Positions 10,752 to 23,325 are shown, numbered from the stretch's first letter. The stretch: DNA of 64,000 nt from Synechococcus sp. (GCA_047285535.1 JBJBDC010000001.1:1376136-1440135), one strand, 5' to 3'. The notes: generated by a model from the sequence alone, not told the origin. Made by a program: numbers and translations.

Positions 10752-10928
10752 ATGAGCGATTCCGGAGTGCTGTTTTTCATACTCCTGGCTGCAATGGCTG
10801 CAACCATGACTTTGGTCTACGTTCCGCTCCGCATTTACCTAACAGCGACGGAACGGAGTCGGAGATTGAAGTTGCTGCAGCGTATCCGCAGCTTGAGAGA
10901 AGCACTAGGTCAGCCTCTTCAGGGCTGA
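10752..10928 (+). CDS. Small single-pass membrane hypothetical protein (58 aa)
   Basis: Not in the track. MSDSGVLFFILLAAMAATMTLVYVPLRIYLTATERSRRLKLLQRIRSLREALGQPLQG*; stop lies 3 bp from the convergent fabG stop. Confidence 0.75.
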   Translation: MSDSGVLFFILLAAMAATMTLVYVPLRIYLTATERSRRLKLLQRIRSLREALGQPLQG

Positions 10929-10931
10929 GCC

Positions 10932-11684
10932 TCAACTCATCACCATCCCACCATCAACCTGTATGACTTGCCCGGTGATGTAGGAGGCAGCTGAGTCTGC
11001 TGCCAAGAACCTCACTGTTCCAGCCACCTGTTCGGGCGTACCAAACCGGCGCAAAGGAATTGCTTCGAGAATTCCATCCGCTTCAAGATCTTTTGTCATA
11101 TCGGTGGCAATAAAACCTGGCGCCACCGCATTCACCGTAATTCCACGGCTCGCCATCTCCTTCGCGCAACTGCGTGTTAATCCAACGACTCCAGCTTTGG
11201 CTGCTGCGTAATTGGATTGTCCTGCATTTCCCATCAATCCAACCACCGAGGTGATGTTGATAATGCGACCACTTCTCTGTTTCAACATTGGGCGTGTCAC
11301 AGCCCTTGTACACAGAAACACTCCGGTGAGATTGAGATTAACAACCGCCTGCCAATCCTCGGTTTTCATCCTCATCAACAAGCCATCTCGAGTAATCCCC
11401 GCGTTATTGACCAGCACATCGATACGTTCACTGCGCTTCAACACCGTTTGAATCAAGTCCTCAACGGACGCCTCATCAGCCACATCAGCTTGAAGGGCAT
11501 AGGCAGAACCACCACTAGCCTTTATCTCAGCCACCACAGCCTCAGCCGCCTCAGGAGAACTCGCATAATTCACCACCACCTCAGCACCCTCACCAGCCAA
11601 AGCCAATGCCACTGCACGTCCAATGCCACGACTTGCACCAGTGACCAAGGCCGTTTGCCCGTGAAGAGAAGTGGATGGACTCAT
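10932..11684 (-). CDS. fabG: 3-oxoacyl-ACP reductase
   Basis: [16 protein letters not shown] and YAAAK motifs. Confidence 0.95.
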   Translation of the reverse strand: MSPSTSLHGQTALVTGASRGIGRAVALALAGEGAEVVVNYASSPEAAEAVVAEIKASGGSAYALQADVADEASVEDLIQTVLKRSERIDVLVNNAGITRDGLLMRMKTEDWQAVVNLNLTGVFLCTRAVTRPMLKQRSGRIINITSVVGLMGNAGQSNYAAAKAGVVGLTRSCAKEMASRGITVNAVAPGFIATDMTKDLEADGILEAIPLRRFGTPEQVAGTVRFLAADSAASYITGQVIQVDGGMVMS

Positions 11685-11747
11685 GAAACAGTGCTTTTAG
11701 ATCGTGTGATCGTAGGGATCGTTGGCCCTTTTGGTCATCAATTCCAG

Positions 11748-12839
11748 CTATGCACCTCGCATCGTTTCAATCGTGTCGATGGCATCACCGAGCAGACTGC
11801 GGAATAACTCAAGCTGCTTCTGGCTGCCCATGACCACCAGCAGCTGACCCGGGCCAAGCCGTTCTCCACCACTGGGATTTCCTTTCAGGGAGCTGCCGTC
11901 ACGGATGGCCAGCACCATCGCCCCACTTCGACGGCCCAACTGGAGTTCAGACAAGCTCTTACTGGTCAGGTGCCCTACCAACTTGGGATCACGACTTAAC
12001 TGAAATTCCTCGATTTCGAATTCCGACCCAGACAAGAGATCCATAAAATCAACCGCCAAGGGTCTAAGAGCTGTGGCGGCCATCACCCGACCTCCAGCGA
12101 CATAAGGACTCACCACAACACTGGCACCAGCAAGTTCGAGCTTTGCAGCTGCTTCTTCGCCATCTGCTCGAGCAATCAAACGGCATCCAGGTTCCAAACC
12201 ACGGGCACTCAGAGTGACGTAAAGATTGGCAGCGTCGCTAGGCAGGGCTGCCACCAAACTGCGACATCGATTCAGTCCAGCTTCCAATAGGGTCTCATCG
12301 AGTGTGGCATCTGCTTGAAGCACCGGCAGACCGCGCTCTTCAGCCGCCTGTCGACGAGACGAATCCATTTCCACCACAAGCACCGGAACGGTTTCCAGCA
12401 ACAGTTGTTCAGCAATCTCACGACCAATGCGGCCATAGCCACAGAGAATCACATGGTTGTCCATACGCCGTAGGTTTCGGCGAAACCTCAACTCCCCTAG
12501 CTTGCGGAAGTATCCAGATTCTGTCAGCCCAAGAATCCTTTGAATCGAGAGCTGAACCACCACAATGCCCCCTGCAACAATCAAAACCGTCACGAGTCGC
12601 CCGGCCTGGGAGAGAGGCTCGACTTCGCCATAACCGATGGTGCTGATTGTGATCAGCACCATCCACAAGCAATCTCCCCAGTCCCAACCCTCTGTGATCC
12701 GATAACCAATGGCTCCACCCACAATCACAACAGCAAGGGCCATGACTGGTAAAAGCCAAGGGCTAGCCAGCTGGCGCAGCTGAGGGCGATAGAACAAAAG
12801 GCGACGACGATGTTGGGATCTCCGTCGTGGCCTTTTCAT
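11748..12839 (-). CDS. Potassium channel protein with TrkA-N/C (RCK) domains
   Basis: TIGYGE selectivity filter and CGYGRIG Rossmann motif. Confidence 0.92.
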   Translation of the reverse strand: MKRPRRRSQHRRRLLFYRPQLRQLASPWLLPVMALAVVIVGGAIGYRITEGWDWGDCLWMVLITISTIGYGEVEPLSQAGRLVTVLIVAGGIVVVQLSIQRILGLTESGYFRKLGELRFRRNLRRMDNHVILCGYGRIGREIAEQLLLETVPVLVVEMDSSRRQAAEERGLPVLQADATLDETLLEAGLNRCRSLVAALPSDAANLYVTLSARGLEPGCRLIARADGEEAAAKLELAGASVVVSPYVAGGRVMAATALRPLAVDFMDLLSGSEFEIEEFQLSRDPKLVGHLTSKSLSELQLGRRSGAMVLAIRDGSSLKGNPSGGERLGPGQLLVVMGSQKQLELFRSLLGDAIDTIETMRGA

Positions 12840-13669
12840 CAGAAGCCCATCGCCGCCAAAACGTCGTCTTCAGACAGCGACCGGAGATCGTCACCCCCTA
12901 AAGAGCGAATCACGTCTCGCTTCGGTAATTGATCATCCGCAATTCCCAGTGCAACCAGCGGCACACCGCAGAATGTCGCCAAAAGACTAGTCACAGGACA
13001 ACTAGTCAAAACCACATCAGCACTAGCAATTTGCGCTGCCCTTTCTGAAACAGCAGCGTTTTCGCCGAGATGAATCGTGCGTAAACCAGGAAGCTTGTCC
13101 TTGATCGTGAGAGGTAACTGCTTCCATCGTTCTGATGGCCAATCCTGCTCCGTCGCAGCTGGTTCCAACAGCAGCAATGGCCCATCTCCCTTCGGCTGAC
13201 GTTCGCGAGCGTTCTTCATCAACCTCGCAGACAAGGTGATTCGAAAGGCTGCAGCATCTAATTTCAGGCCAATAGGAGCCAAAAATCCTGAGAGTCGTTG
13301 CGCACTCCAGCCCTCAGACTTGCTGACAAAAGCAGTTGAAGCAAATCCAGTCTCTGCAACCCGCGTTGGAATGTGACTCATCGAAAGCATCAAGTTCACC
13401 TGGCGTCCCTCAGCAAAATTGAGACAAACCTGGAAGTCAGGTTCTCGAATCGAACCAAGAAGATTGGCCCAATCAGCCATGTTCAGATCGGAGTCAAAGT
13501 CAAAAGGAATGATCTTTTCGACAGCAGGGAGCAACGTCCATAGCGATCGATAGGCAGGGGAACAAGCCACTTGGATCGCAGCACCTAGCTCATTGGCGCA
13601 TGCTGCCAGCGCAGGCATACGCTCAAGCTGCTGTTGGGCTGTGCCTGGGCTTAAGACGAGAACACGCAT
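12839..13669 (-). CDS. Glycosyltransferase family 9-like (heptosyltransferase-like) protein
   Basis: MRVLVL start, WPSERW and GVPLVAL segments resemble GT9. Confidence 0.7.
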   Translation of the reverse strand: MRVLVLSPGTAQQQLERMPALAACANELGAAIQVACSPAYRSLWTLLPAVEKIIPFDFDSDLNMADWANLLGSIREPDFQVCLNFAEGRQVNLMLSMSHIPTRVAETGFASTAFVSKSEGWSAQRLSGFLAPIGLKLDAAAFRITLSARLMKNARERQPKGDGPLLLLEPAATEQDWPSERWKQLPLTIKDKLPGLRTIHLGENAAVSERAAQIASADVVLTSCPVTSLLATFCGVPLVALGIADDQLPKRDVIRSLGGDDLRSLSEDDVLAAMGF

Positions 13670-13741
13670 AAAACAACAGCACAAGTGGTGCGAGCTGATT
13701 GTATGGAGGACGTTTCACCTTGCTGAAAACAGGAGTCGCTT

Positions 13742-14419
13742 GTGCATCTGTTGATCGCAGCCGCAGGTAGTGGACGGCGCATGGGGGCTGACCGCAACAA
13801 ACTGCTGTTGCCTCTCCTCGGTCAGCCCGTTCTGGCTTGGACTCTGCAGGCAGCTCTTAAAGCTGAAAAGATCCGCTGGATCGGACTTATTGGTCAGGAG
13901 ATTGACCGTTCCGCGATTCTCGATTTAGTAGGCCCCACATCAAAGCCTGTCGTTTGGATTACGGGAGGAGACACGCGTCAGGAGTCTGTGGAGCGAGGGC
14001 TGGCTGGGCTGCCCGACGATGCTCGTCATGTTCTTATCCATGATGGTGCTCGCTGTCTCGCCTTACCCGAATTATTTAACCGCTGTGCAAAAGCAGTTCT
14101 CAGCGGCAAAGCGGTCATTGCTGCGACGCCGGTGACCGACACGATCAAACAAGTCGATGAATCAGGTCAAATCAAAGCGACACCGAGACGCTCCGAGCTC
14201 TGGGCCGCCCAGACACCCCAAGGTTTTGCAGTGGAGGAACTCCGCAAGGGGCATCGTGAAGCCCGTGCAGGAGGCTGGAGTGTCACAGATGACGCCGCGC
14301 TCTATGAACTCTTGGGATGGCCAGTGAATGTTCTTGATGCTGGCCCCTCCAACATCAAAGTCACGACCCCTTTTGATCTCACTGTGGCTGCAGCAGTGCT
14401 GGCTGAACGCCATGGTTAG
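13742..14419 (+). CDS. ispD: 2-C-methyl-D-erythritol 4-phosphate cytidylyltransferase
   Basis: [19 protein letters not shown] and [10 protein letters not shown] motifs. Confidence 0.95.
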   Translation: MHLLIAAAGSGRRMGADRNKLLLPLLGQPVLAWTLQAALKAEKIRWIGLIGQEIDRSAILDLVGPTSKPVVWITGGDTRQESVERGLAGLPDDARHVLIHDGARCLALPELFNRCAKAVLSGKAVIAATPVTDTIKQVDESGQIKATPRRSELWAAQTPQGFAVEELRKGHREARAGGWSVTDDAALYELLGWPVNVLDAGPSNIKVTTPFDLTVAAAVLAERHG

Positions 14420-15314
14420 AACTCAGACTCAAAACACCCTGATCGCCATTCAGGATCGCAATGGAACCAACTGGCAGAGCAGCATTCCCCCCCTGCCCGT
14501 GCCCCACAAGAAGATTTCCAACGACGGGGATGCCCAAGTCTTCGGTGCGCTCCCGCAGCACCTCCTCCAATCGGAAGCCACCAGAAGCGGAGTCGTCATC
14601 GCAGCCAAGAAATCGACCAAATGCAATACCAGCTAGCGATTGGAGCAGCCCTGCTAACCGCCACTGCGTCAGCATGCGATCAATGCGATAGGGGGCTTCC
14701 CCGATGTCCTCGATGACCAAAACAACATTGCTCAAATCAGGCAGAAAAAGACTTCCAATCAAATGAGTGGCCACAGTTAAATTCACTACTAATAAAGGCC
14801 CTACGGCTACACCCCCCGTCCATCTCTCTCCTTTGAGAACTGGAAGAGGATGGCCAAAAAGCAAATCATGGAGTCTCTGCTGACTCCACTCCGGTTCGTC
14901 CGCGAGTGTGGTGATCAACGGGCCATGAACACCTCCGCTTATCCCTGCGGCCATACGAGCACAGAGCAAGGCCGTCACATCCGAGAAACCCAGCAGCCAG
15001 CCGGGTTGCCAGGTCACCGGTTGCTCCAAAATCCTGGCAGCTCCCCATCCACCCCTTGCACAGGCAAGGAGTGGCGCATGCGGAATGGCATGAAGATCGC
15101 GCCGACGCTCCTCGTCACGTCCAGCCAAATATCCCCAACGTCGCTGGCTGATCACATCCGGACGGATCCGCAACCCCCAGCTCTCCAAAATCGACACCCC
15201 TCGAAGGAGGCACTCCGTATTGTCCAAAGCAGAGCTGAACGCCACGATGGAGACTTCATCACCGATCTGAAGAGGTGAAAGCGCCAATGCTGAACCCTCT
15301 CTGTTTTCCATCAC
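14379..15314 (-). CDS. LD-carboxypeptidase (peptidase S66)
   Basis: RGGWG, GFSDVT (Ser), [14 protein letters not shown] (Glu) and VGHG (His) catalytic triad motifs. Confidence 0.9.
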   Translation of the reverse strand: MMENREGSALALSPLQIGDEVSIVAFSSALDNTECLLRGVSILESWGLRIRPDVISQRRWGYLAGRDEERRRDLHAIPHAPLLACARGGWGAARILEQPVTWQPGWLLGFSDVTALLCARMAAGISGGVHGPLITTLADEPEWSQQRLHDLLFGHPLPVLKGERWTGGVAVGPLLVVNLTVATHLIGSLFLPDLSNVVLVIEDIGEAPYRIDRMLTQWRLAGLLQSLAGIAFGRFLGCDDDSASGGFRLEEVLRERTEDLGIPVVGNLLVGHGQGGNAALPVGSIAILNGDQGVLSLSSNHGVQPALLQPQ

Positions 15315-16222
15315 CCCAGCCGCCCGAGAACGAGTCCGAACAACAACAGTGCTCCCAGACGAACTTGATGACTGAAATGAATGCCATACGTCGACATTGG
15401 CTGCTGTTCAAAACTTTTCAAAGCCCTGGTTTCACGCTGCATGCCATAGGAAACAACCAACCAGAAAGGCCAAAAGATGGCTCCAATTCCTGCGAAGGCT
15501 GCGGCAAGAGCGAGGGCCAGCATCGACAACGCATAGGTGAGAGCGACAACACGCAGAACGGACGGGCCAAGGGTGAGCGCACTACTCCTTAGAGCCATCC
15601 GGGCATCATCCGGTCGATCAGCCATCGCGTAAACAGTGTCGAAAGAAAACGTCCACAGCAGCGTGGCAACCCAGCACCCCGCCAGAGTCCAGCCTCCATC
15701 TAGAGCCCCGGTTTGCGCCGCCCAGGGAATCAATACCGAGAAGCCCCAGCAAAGCGCCAAGAGTGCTTGAGGGTAAGCGAACCAACGCTTCGCCGATGGA
15801 TAGATCAAGATCGGCGGTAAGGCAAGACAGGCCAACAACAAGCAGATGTTGCGTACCGAATCCGACAAACTCAGCACCACAGCCAGGCTGATCACGAGCA
15901 AGACCAACAAGACAACGATGGCCTGCACAATGGTCAAACTGCCCTGGGCTAACGGTCGCTGCTTGGTACGTTCAACATTGCGATCAATGCGTCGATCCCA
16001 CAAATCATTGGCGATACATCCCGCTCCGCTCACAGCCAGGCCACCGAGCACGATCATCAGCACGAGGGACAGGGAAGGGGGTGCGTTTGGAGTGAGCCAG
16101 AGACTCCAGCCTGCTGGAATCAACAAAATCAATCTTCCGCTGGGTTTGTTCCAACGCAAAAGTGCGACCCATGGAACCAGGGATTGGCGAAACAACATGC
16201 GGTGCTCGGACCTGTTCGACAC
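15311..16222 (-). CDS. ubiA: 4-hydroxybenzoate polyprenyl(solanesyl)transferase
   Basis: LRWNKP, NDLWDRRID..VERTKQRP and DTVYAMAD motifs. Confidence 0.9.
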   Translation of the reverse strand: MSNRSEHRMLFRQSLVPWVALLRWNKPSGRLILLIPAGWSLWLTPNAPPSLSLVLMIVLGGLAVSGAGCIANDLWDRRIDRNVERTKQRPLAQGSLTIVQAIVVLLVLLVISLAVVLSLSDSVRNICLLLACLALPPILIYPSAKRWFAYPQALLALCWGFSVLIPWAAQTGALDGGWTLAGCWVATLLWTFSFDTVYAMADRPDDARMALRSSALTLGPSVLRVVALTYALSMLALALAAAFAGIGAIFWPFWLVVSYGMQRETRALKSFEQQPMSTYGIHFSHQVRLGALLLFGLVLGRLG

Positions 16223-16298
16223 AAAAACTTCGTTTTGGAAACCCTAAGCAGACGCTCCTGTCACCTGCCGATGGCAGAGTGGAAGCGCTTTCAGCACG

Positions 16299-17909
16299 GT
16301 GCTTGAGGTGACATCAGGGCCGAGCTTTCAAAACGGTCGACCCTTGAGGAAAGTTGCCGCTATTGACATCGGCACCAATTCCACTCATTTACTGGTTGCA
16401 TCAGTCGATCCGGAGCTTCGGACCTTCAGCATTGAACTTGCTGAAAAGTCCACCACGCGATTAGGGGAAAGAGATCCTGAAACAGGGGATCTTTCCAAGG
16501 AAGCGATTCATCGTGGGCTCGAAGCACTTCGACGTTTTCAAGAGCTTGCTCTTAGTCATCAGGTTGAACAAATTGTCACCGCAGCTACGAGTGCTGTGCG
16601 TGAGGCCCCAAATGGTCGAGAGTTTTTGCAAGCGATTCAAGATCAGTTAGGTCTTGAAGTTGATCTTGTCAGTGGTTCAGAAGAAGCGCGCTTGATCTAC
16701 CTGGGTGTGTTGTCTGGCATGCCCTTCGGAGATCGTCCGCATCTTGTATTGGACATCGGCGGCGGATCCACAGAATTAATTCTTGCGGATGGTCGTGATG
16801 CTCGCGCACTCACCAGCACCAGGGTTGGCGCCGTGCGACTCCAACGGGATTTTGTCAAAGACGACCCGATGCCACCGCAGCGTCGCACCTTTCTGAAGGC
16901 TTTTATTCAAGGGTCACTCGAGCCCGCGATCAACAAAGTTCAGCGACGGATCAAGCCCGAAGAACACCCAGTGATGGTGGCCACCAGTGGCACCGCGTTA
17001 GCAATCGGATCTTTAGTCGCCAGTGATGATGATCATCCACCGTTAAAACTCCACGGATATCGAATCACCCGCCAACGGCTCGATCGTGTGGTTGATCGTT
17101 TGGTCGTCTTGGCACCAGACCAACGAAAAGCGTTGGCACCCATCAATGATCGGCGTGCCGAGATCATTGTTCCAGGTGCATTAATTCTGCAAACCAGCAT
17201 GCAAATGCTTGGTGCCAAGGAGCTGGTCCTCAGTGAAAGAGCACTCCGCGAAGGACTCATCGTTGATTGGATGTTGCGTCATGGTCTGCTTGAAGACCGT
17301 TTCAGCTTTCAAAGCAGCATCCGACAGCGCACAGTGATTCATCAGGTGCAACGTTTTGCTGTCAATCAACAACGAGCCGAGAGGGTGGCTTCTCATGCAC
17401 TAACACTCTTCGACAATACAAAAAAACATTTGCACCGTAACGACGGCTCAGGACGAGAGCTCCTATGGGCCGCATCAATGCTTCACGCCTGCGGGCAACA
17501 CATCAATCTCAACGCTTATCACAAGCACTCTTGGTACCTAATCCGTCACGGAGAACTTCTGGGGTATTCAGAAGCAGAACATCTGATGGTTGCTGCCATC
17601 GCGCGCTATCACCGCCGCAGCCTTCCCAAAAAAAGACATGAGTCATGGCAGGCGCTTCAAACCCGCGACAATCGAAGAACAGTGTCTGAGATGGCCTTGC
17701 TACTAAGACTTGCGGTTGCCTTAGATCGTCGACCAGAGCCAGTGGTGAAAAGCCTGCTCGTTCATGTCAAGCGTGATGATTTGGTCATCAAACTCATAAG
17801 GGAAAGTCAAAATCAGAATCTCAGTCTCGAGCAATGGAGCTTGGAAAGCTGTGCCCAGATCTTGCAGGAGGTTTCTGGTATGAACTTGAAAGTCATCGTT
17901 GAGGAGTGA
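16299..17909 (+). CDS. ppx: Exopolyphosphatase Ppx/GppA
   Basis: IDIGTNS, ATSAVREA and DIGGGSTE motifs plus a C-terminal HD-like domain. Confidence 0.95.
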   Translation: MLEVTSGPSFQNGRPLRKVAAIDIGTNSTHLLVASVDPELRTFSIELAEKSTTRLGERDPETGDLSKEAIHRGLEALRRFQELALSHQVEQIVTAATSAVREAPNGREFLQAIQDQLGLEVDLVSGSEEARLIYLGVLSGMPFGDRPHLVLDIGGGSTELILADGRDARALTSTRVGAVRLQRDFVKDDPMPPQRRTFLKAFIQGSLEPAINKVQRRIKPEEHPVMVATSGTALAIGSLVASDDDHPPLKLHGYRITRQRLDRVVDRLVVLAPDQRKALAPINDRRAEIIVPGALILQTSMQMLGAKELVLSERALREGLIVDWMLRHGLLEDRFSFQSSIRQRTVIHQVQRFAVNQQRAERVASHALTLFDNTKKHLHRNDGSGRELLWAASMLHACGQHINLNAYHKHSWYLIRHGELLGYSEAEHLMVAAIARYHRRSLPKKRHESWQALQTRDNRRTVSEMALLLRLAVALDRRPEPVVKSLLVHVKRDDLVIKLIRESQNQNLSLEQWSLESCAQILQEVSGMNLKVIVEE

Positions 17910-18723
17910 TGGCGTACCAACGCAGCTGATCAATAACGCCCAATGCACGAGGCGACTTATCTCCTTGGCTTAATTGAACTAAATCAGGTCTTCCAGCAAA
18001 AATTTCAAGATCCTGATCGCCATCAAAATGTCTCTGTTCGCTGAGAGTGCCTTCAAAGATCACCTCTCCACTGCCGTTCCGAATGGACACCCAGCTCGGT
18101 TGGGAGCTGGAAATCGATATCTCTGCTGACTTCTGTTTGCCAGGATCTACGTCTACATCGATTGGTGGAGCGACATCGGATACTGGAGTGGCTTCGATCA
18201 CAGGCGGGTAAGGCAAAGCCTTGGTCTCAACAGTTTCTGTTGACTGACGATTTGCATGAAAGGCCATTGCGCTAATTACTGTTATTGCCGTTATCGCTAC
18301 AGGAATGGCTGCTTTTTTGAGTATGCGGCGAAGTGGAGCTGCTTCATCCCGTTTTGGTGATGAACGAGTACCAGCAGAGCGCTCAGGCATCAAACGCCTT
18401 GAGAGAGTTGCATCCTTCTCCCTGGACTGAGATTGAAATTGTTGAACAATTGGAACTGGATCTAATCCCAATTTCTCGGAAACTCTTCGAAGCATCCCGC
18501 AAATAAAGACGGGCTCGGGGAGATTTCTACGGTCTCCATTCTCTAAAGCTTCGAGCTGCTCTCTGCCCATATGGAGCGAATCAGCCAGGTCGCAGGAAGA
18601 CAGGCCTGATTTTTCTCGCTCATCTTTTAAGACTCTGCCTATTGAGACGAGTTCGTCATGGCTTGATTCCGAATTAGCGATATTTTTCTGCGCTTCTGCC
18701 ATGCCAACCCATGCCTGAAACAT
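17893..18723 (-). CDS. RodZ-like protein (N-terminal HTH, TM helix, DUF4115-like C-terminus)
   Basis: LEALENGD...LPEPVFI.GMLRR HTH, one TM segment, SWVSIR...FEGTL C-domain; start uncertain. Confidence 0.8.
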   Translation of the reverse strand: MFQAWVGMAEAQKNIANSESSHDELVSIGRVLKDEREKSGLSSCDLADSLHMGREQLEALENGDRRNLPEPVFICGMLRRVSEKLGLDPVPIVQQFQSQSREKDATLSRRLMPERSAGTRSSPKRDEAAPLRRILKKAAIPVAITAITVISAMAFHANRQSTETVETKALPYPPVIEATPVSDVAPPIDVDVDPGKQKSAEISISSSQPSWVSIRNGSGEVIFEGTLSEQRHFDGDQDLEIFAGRPDLVQLSQGDKSPRALGVIDQLRWYAITPQR

Positions 18724-18770
18724 TGGGTCAGTGTAGTTGAGTCATCAGACTTTGGTAGTCAAATTCACAA

Positions 18771-18797
18771 CTTCCCTCAGAAAACAACGGAGGGAAG
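18771..18797 (-). terminator. Hairpin downstream of tRNA-Val
   Basis: 8-bp stem CTTCCCTC/GAGGGAAG about 23 nt after the tRNA 3' end; U-tract is weak. Confidence 0.45.
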
Positions 18798-18820
18798 CAT
18801 CAAGCTAAATGATTCAAAAA

Positions 18821-19682
<862 letters not shown>

Positions 19683-19686
<4 letters not shown>

Positions 19687-20549
19687 GACTTCCCTAAAGT
19701 TGTTAAACCTGGATCAGGTAAAGATTGTCTTTTCCCGTAGATCCAAAATAAGCCGAAAGCAGCAATCAACATCAATATCATGCTCATGAGTTGAGCGATT
19801 CTCAATCCTCCATCACAAAATGGTGGAAGTCCGCCTAAGCAGAGCGGGTCAATTCGAAGCCCTTCAATCCATACACGGCCAAGGCTGTAGCAGAGCAAGT
19901 AAATGCAACTAATCGCGCCTGGCGGAAGATAGATTCGTCCATTTCTACCCATTCGAAACAACACTAACAAAACAATGAAAATCACCAAATTCCATAGAGA
20001 TTCGTACAGAAACGTAGGGTGGAAAAACTCTGAATCAGCAAAAACCTGGGGACGATTTGGGTAAGAAATAAACAATTTCCAAGGTAGTTGAGTAGGAACA
20101 CCAAAGGCCTCCGAGTTGAAAAAATTCCCCCAGCGGCCAATCGCCTGACCAAGAATCACTGATGGCATCAACACGTCAAGCAAATTCCAGAATGAAACTT
20201 TTCTCCAGCGACAGAACAAAACAACTGAGACTATTCCTCCCAACAATGCTCCATGAATGGCAATTCCACCTTGCCAAATGGCAAACACGTCCCACCAAGA
20301 ATTTTGATAGGAACGCCATTCAAAAGCCACATAGTAAAGACGTGCTCCAAGAATGGCTGCAAGAACTAAAATTGGCAAAAGATCGCTAATCAGTCCTGTC
20401 TCTAGATGTCTTTGCTTTGCCAGCCAACTAGACAGATTGAGACCAATCAGAACAGCCAGAGCAATGAGCAGCCCATACCATCGCAAAGTAATAGGCCCGA
20501 ACTGCAAAAGTTCGGGCCCTGGTGAAGTAAATACAGCAGAAACGATCAC
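19683..20549 (-). CDS. lgt: Prolipoprotein diacylglyceryl transferase
   Basis: [21 protein letters not shown] and HPTFLYES motifs. Confidence 0.96.
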
Positions 20550-20554
20550 TTCGA

Positions 20555-21487
20555 TCAGACACCTTCAGCAGCTTGAACCTTCTCAACCTGCTTTTTCTTC
20601 AGAACGAGCAGGATTTGTGCCAAAGCAACAGCTGCAAAGAAGGCCAGCATGCCATAAATCCGGACAGGATTTTGAAGGACGACCTCAGTATCAAGCTGAC
20701 CAAATCCACCCACATTTGGATCGTTAGTTATTGGTGCACCAGCTTCAACACTATCGCCAACTGAAACAAGAAGAGCAGGACCAACAGGAATGGTCTCGGT
20801 GATCTCAGAACCATCTGCAGCTGTCACCGTGATGAGACTCGCTCCATTGTCACCAGCCTCGATAGCGCTCACAGACCCAGATGCAGGAGCTGTAAAGACG
20901 GTGTTGTTACTCTTTTCGCCTGTTGGATAGACCTGTCCGCGACCACGGTTGCCGCCGACATGAATGGAATATTTACCAAAACTGATGCTGCTATCAATCG
21001 CGGGATCCGGAGAAAGGACTGGAAACACGATCTCCTGATGCTCGTCACCTGGGATCGGTCCAACCAGGATCACATTGGGTTGATCGTCGCTGTACTGGGT
21101 GAAATAAACACCTGCTGTCTCTTCTTTAATTTCATCGGTCCAACGATCCTGAGGAGCGAGGGTGAATCCATCAGGGAGCATGACAACAGCTCCAACCTGT
21201 AATGGAACTTGACTGCCATCTGCACCAAGCTCCGGAACATCGTTGTTATAGGGAATCTTGACAACAGCTTTGAAGACGCTATCTGGCAAAACGGATTGAG
21301 GAACTTCCGCTTGAGTTAGTTTTTGAGCTAGGTGGCAATTGGCACAAACGATCTTGCCAGTGGCCTCCCGGGGAGAATCATAATTTTGTTGGGCCCAGAA
21401 GGGGTAGGCCCAACTGGCTGATGGTGCACTGAAAACAGCAAAGCCAACAATCAGTGCGGCAAAGGCGAAGGAAAACAGGCGACGCAT
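20555..21487 (-). CDS. petA: Apocytochrome f
   Basis: Signal peptide then [14 protein letters not shown] heme motif, C-terminal TM anchor. Confidence 0.98.
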   Translation of the reverse strand: MRRLFSFAFAALIVGFAVFSAPSASWAYPFWAQQNYDSPREATGKIVCANCHLAQKLTQAEVPQSVLPDSVFKAVVKIPYNNDVPELGADGSQVPLQVGAVVMLPDGFTLAPQDRWTDEIKEETAGVYFTQYSDDQPNVILVGPIPGDEHQEIVFPVLSPDPAIDSSISFGKYSIHVGGNRGRGQVYPTGEKSNNTVFTAPASGSVSAIEAGDNGASLITVTAADGSEITETIPVGPALLVSVGDSVEAGAPITNDPNVGGFGQLDTEVVLQNPVRIYGMLAFFAAVALAQILLVLKKKQVEKVQAAEGV

Positions 21488-21532
21488 GGGAAAGCTGAGG
21501 TAGGGAGAGAGACAGCAAAAATGAGCGGCTGA

Positions 21533-22069
21533 TCAGGACCACCAGGGCTTTTCGCCCGTCCGGAAATCGGTGTCAGTCCACTGACTGACAAAAACGGAGT
21601 CGTTTTCAACGCTGACATTGGCCAATGCCAAAGACAACGGAGCAGGACCGCGAACCACCTTCCCTGTCGAGTCGTACTGACTGCCATGGCAAGGACACAT
21701 GAATTTGTTGGCGCCGCTGTTCCATGGCACGACACAGCCCAAATGGGTGCAAATAGCGTTAATGCCATAGCTACCGATGGCATCGGTTCCTTCCACGATC
21801 AGATAAGTGGGATCACCCTTCAGACCTTGGACCAGACTGCGATCACCCTCCGGATGGGTACTTAGCCATCCGCTTGCCGTGACCGCATTACCGAGCTCAT
21901 CCTTGGCACTGGTGCCACCACCACTGCCGGCTGCCCTGGGCGGAATGAAGTAATTCACTACCGGGTAAAGCGCCCCCAGAGCCACGCCTGTGACGGATCC
22001 GAAGGTCAGCAGATTCATGAACTGCCGACGCCCCATCCCGGGCACATCACTGGCTGGCATCTGAGTCAT
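21533..22069 (-). CDS. petC: Cytochrome b6f Rieske iron-sulfur subunit
   Basis: RRQFM Tat motif, CTHLGC and CPCHGS. Confidence 0.98.
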   Translation of the reverse strand: MTQMPASDVPGMGRRQFMNLLTFGSVTGVALGALYPVVNYFIPPRAAGSGGGTSAKDELGNAVTASGWLSTHPEGDRSLVQGLKGDPTYLIVEGTDAIGSYGINAICTHLGCVVPWNSGANKFMCPCHGSQYDSTGKVVRGPAPLSLALANVSVENDSVFVSQWTDTDFRTGEKPWWS

Positions 22070-22151
22070 AGCTGACGCTCAATGAATACTTAATGCGGTC
22101 CATTATGGAGGGTAAAGGTCACGTCACGCTTTGCAACGACTGGGCTTTTAG

Positions 22152-22520
22152 ATGATCCACTCGGCAATTTCCGTGCTTGTAAACCCAACACCCGATCAAA
22201 CCATCACTCCAATAACTGTCGATGAAGCCATCAGCCTCCTGCAAAAACGCTGGCAAGCCAGCTATGACATGCAAATTGCGGTTAGGCACAAACGGATGTA
22301 CCTCCAGGTGATGTGGGGGTATCTGGAGCAACAATCCTTTCCTCTTGACGAACAGGATTACCGCACTCACCTTGCCCATGTCCTTGACGTGGTGAACCGG
22401 TTGGGACAAGCACAAGTCGTGCGTAGTTGGTTAAGTGAAACTCGAGATCGTCCCCGTCTCGGGAAAGCGCTCAGCCTGCAGCTGCAGGGGGAGGGGCGTC
22501 TGGAGGAGTTTCTGCTTTAA
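22152..22520 (+). CDS. DUF3067 family protein
   Basis: WQASYD and YLQVMWGYLEQQSFPL.E motifs; start uncertain. Confidence 0.8.
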   Translation: MIHSAISVLVNPTPDQTITPITVDEAISLLQKRWQASYDMQIAVRHKRMYLQVMWGYLEQQSFPLDEQDYRTHLAHVLDVVNRLGQAQVVRSWLSETRDRPRLGKALSLQLQGEGRLEEFLL

Positions 22521-23274
22521 ACCTTTCCACAACGGCAACAAGCGCAACACCAACGAAAAACAAGCCTGAAATCGCCGCAGCTAGCAGCGACATCGTGATC
22601 GGATCCGTGGATGGCGTCAGCACGGCTCCTGCAAGCGCAGCAATCAACACGACCCATCGCCAGGCCGAGAGCATCTGCTTCCAACGAACCAAGCCAAACA
22701 ATCCCAGCAATAACTGCAAAACGGGCAACTGAAATGCCAGTCCCGTGGAGAGCATCAGCAGAAGCACAAAATCGAGATACCGCTCAATTGACCAGATAGG
22801 TTCCACCACATCAGCCCCGTAGCTCACCAGAAAGCCAAGCGCGGCCGGAATGAGTGCCCACCAGGAAAAAGCAATTCCTGCAAAAAAGAGCACCGCTGAA
22901 CCCGCCACAGCGGGAGCGATGAGACGACGCTCATTCCGCGTGAGACCGGGCATCACGAATGCCAAGCCTTGATACAAGACGTAAGGAATCGCCAAGGTTA
23001 GGCCGGCATAGCCGGCAACCTTGAACGAAACGAACAGGAATTCTCCAGGCGCCAGCTGAAGGAATCGGATCGATCCCGCGGGCTCCTCCAACACTCTCAC
23101 CAACGGTTTCACCGCGAGAAGGCAGGCCAAAGCTCCCATCACAATCGCGATCAGGCTGCGAAATACGCGCTGACGCAGCTCCTCCAGGTGCTCGACCAGT
23201 GACATTTCCACATCGTTGGGTGGAAGCCTCTCAGGCTGAGGTTGCACCCGAATCGGTGCGGGAGCGGGAAGCAC
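22471..23274 (-). CDS. tatC: Twin-arginine translocase subunit TatC
   Basis: MSLVEHLEELRQR, FQLP and LTPSTDP motifs. Confidence 0.95.
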   Translation of the reverse strand: MLPAPAPIRVQPQPERLPPNDVEMSLVEHLEELRQRVFRSLIAIVMGALACLLAVKPLVRVLEEPAGSIRFLQLAPGEFLFVSFKVAGYAGLTLAIPYVLYQGLAFVMPGLTRNERRLIAPAVAGSAVLFFAGIAFSWWALIPAALGFLVSYGADVVEPIWSIERYLDFVLLLMLSTGLAFQLPVLQLLLGLFGLVRWKQMLSAWRWVVLIAALAGAVLTPSTDPITMSLLAAAISGLFFVGVALVAVVERFKAETPPDAPPPAAAG

Positions 23275-23325
23275 TGTTTTCTCGTTCGGCTCAGGAGGGA
23301 TCAGTCCGACTGCTATTGGGTTGAC

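Noticed and set aside
10733..10966. 77-aa track ORF between groEL2 and fabG
   Set aside because: The 58-aa frame at 10752..10928 is more protein-like and does not overlap fabG.
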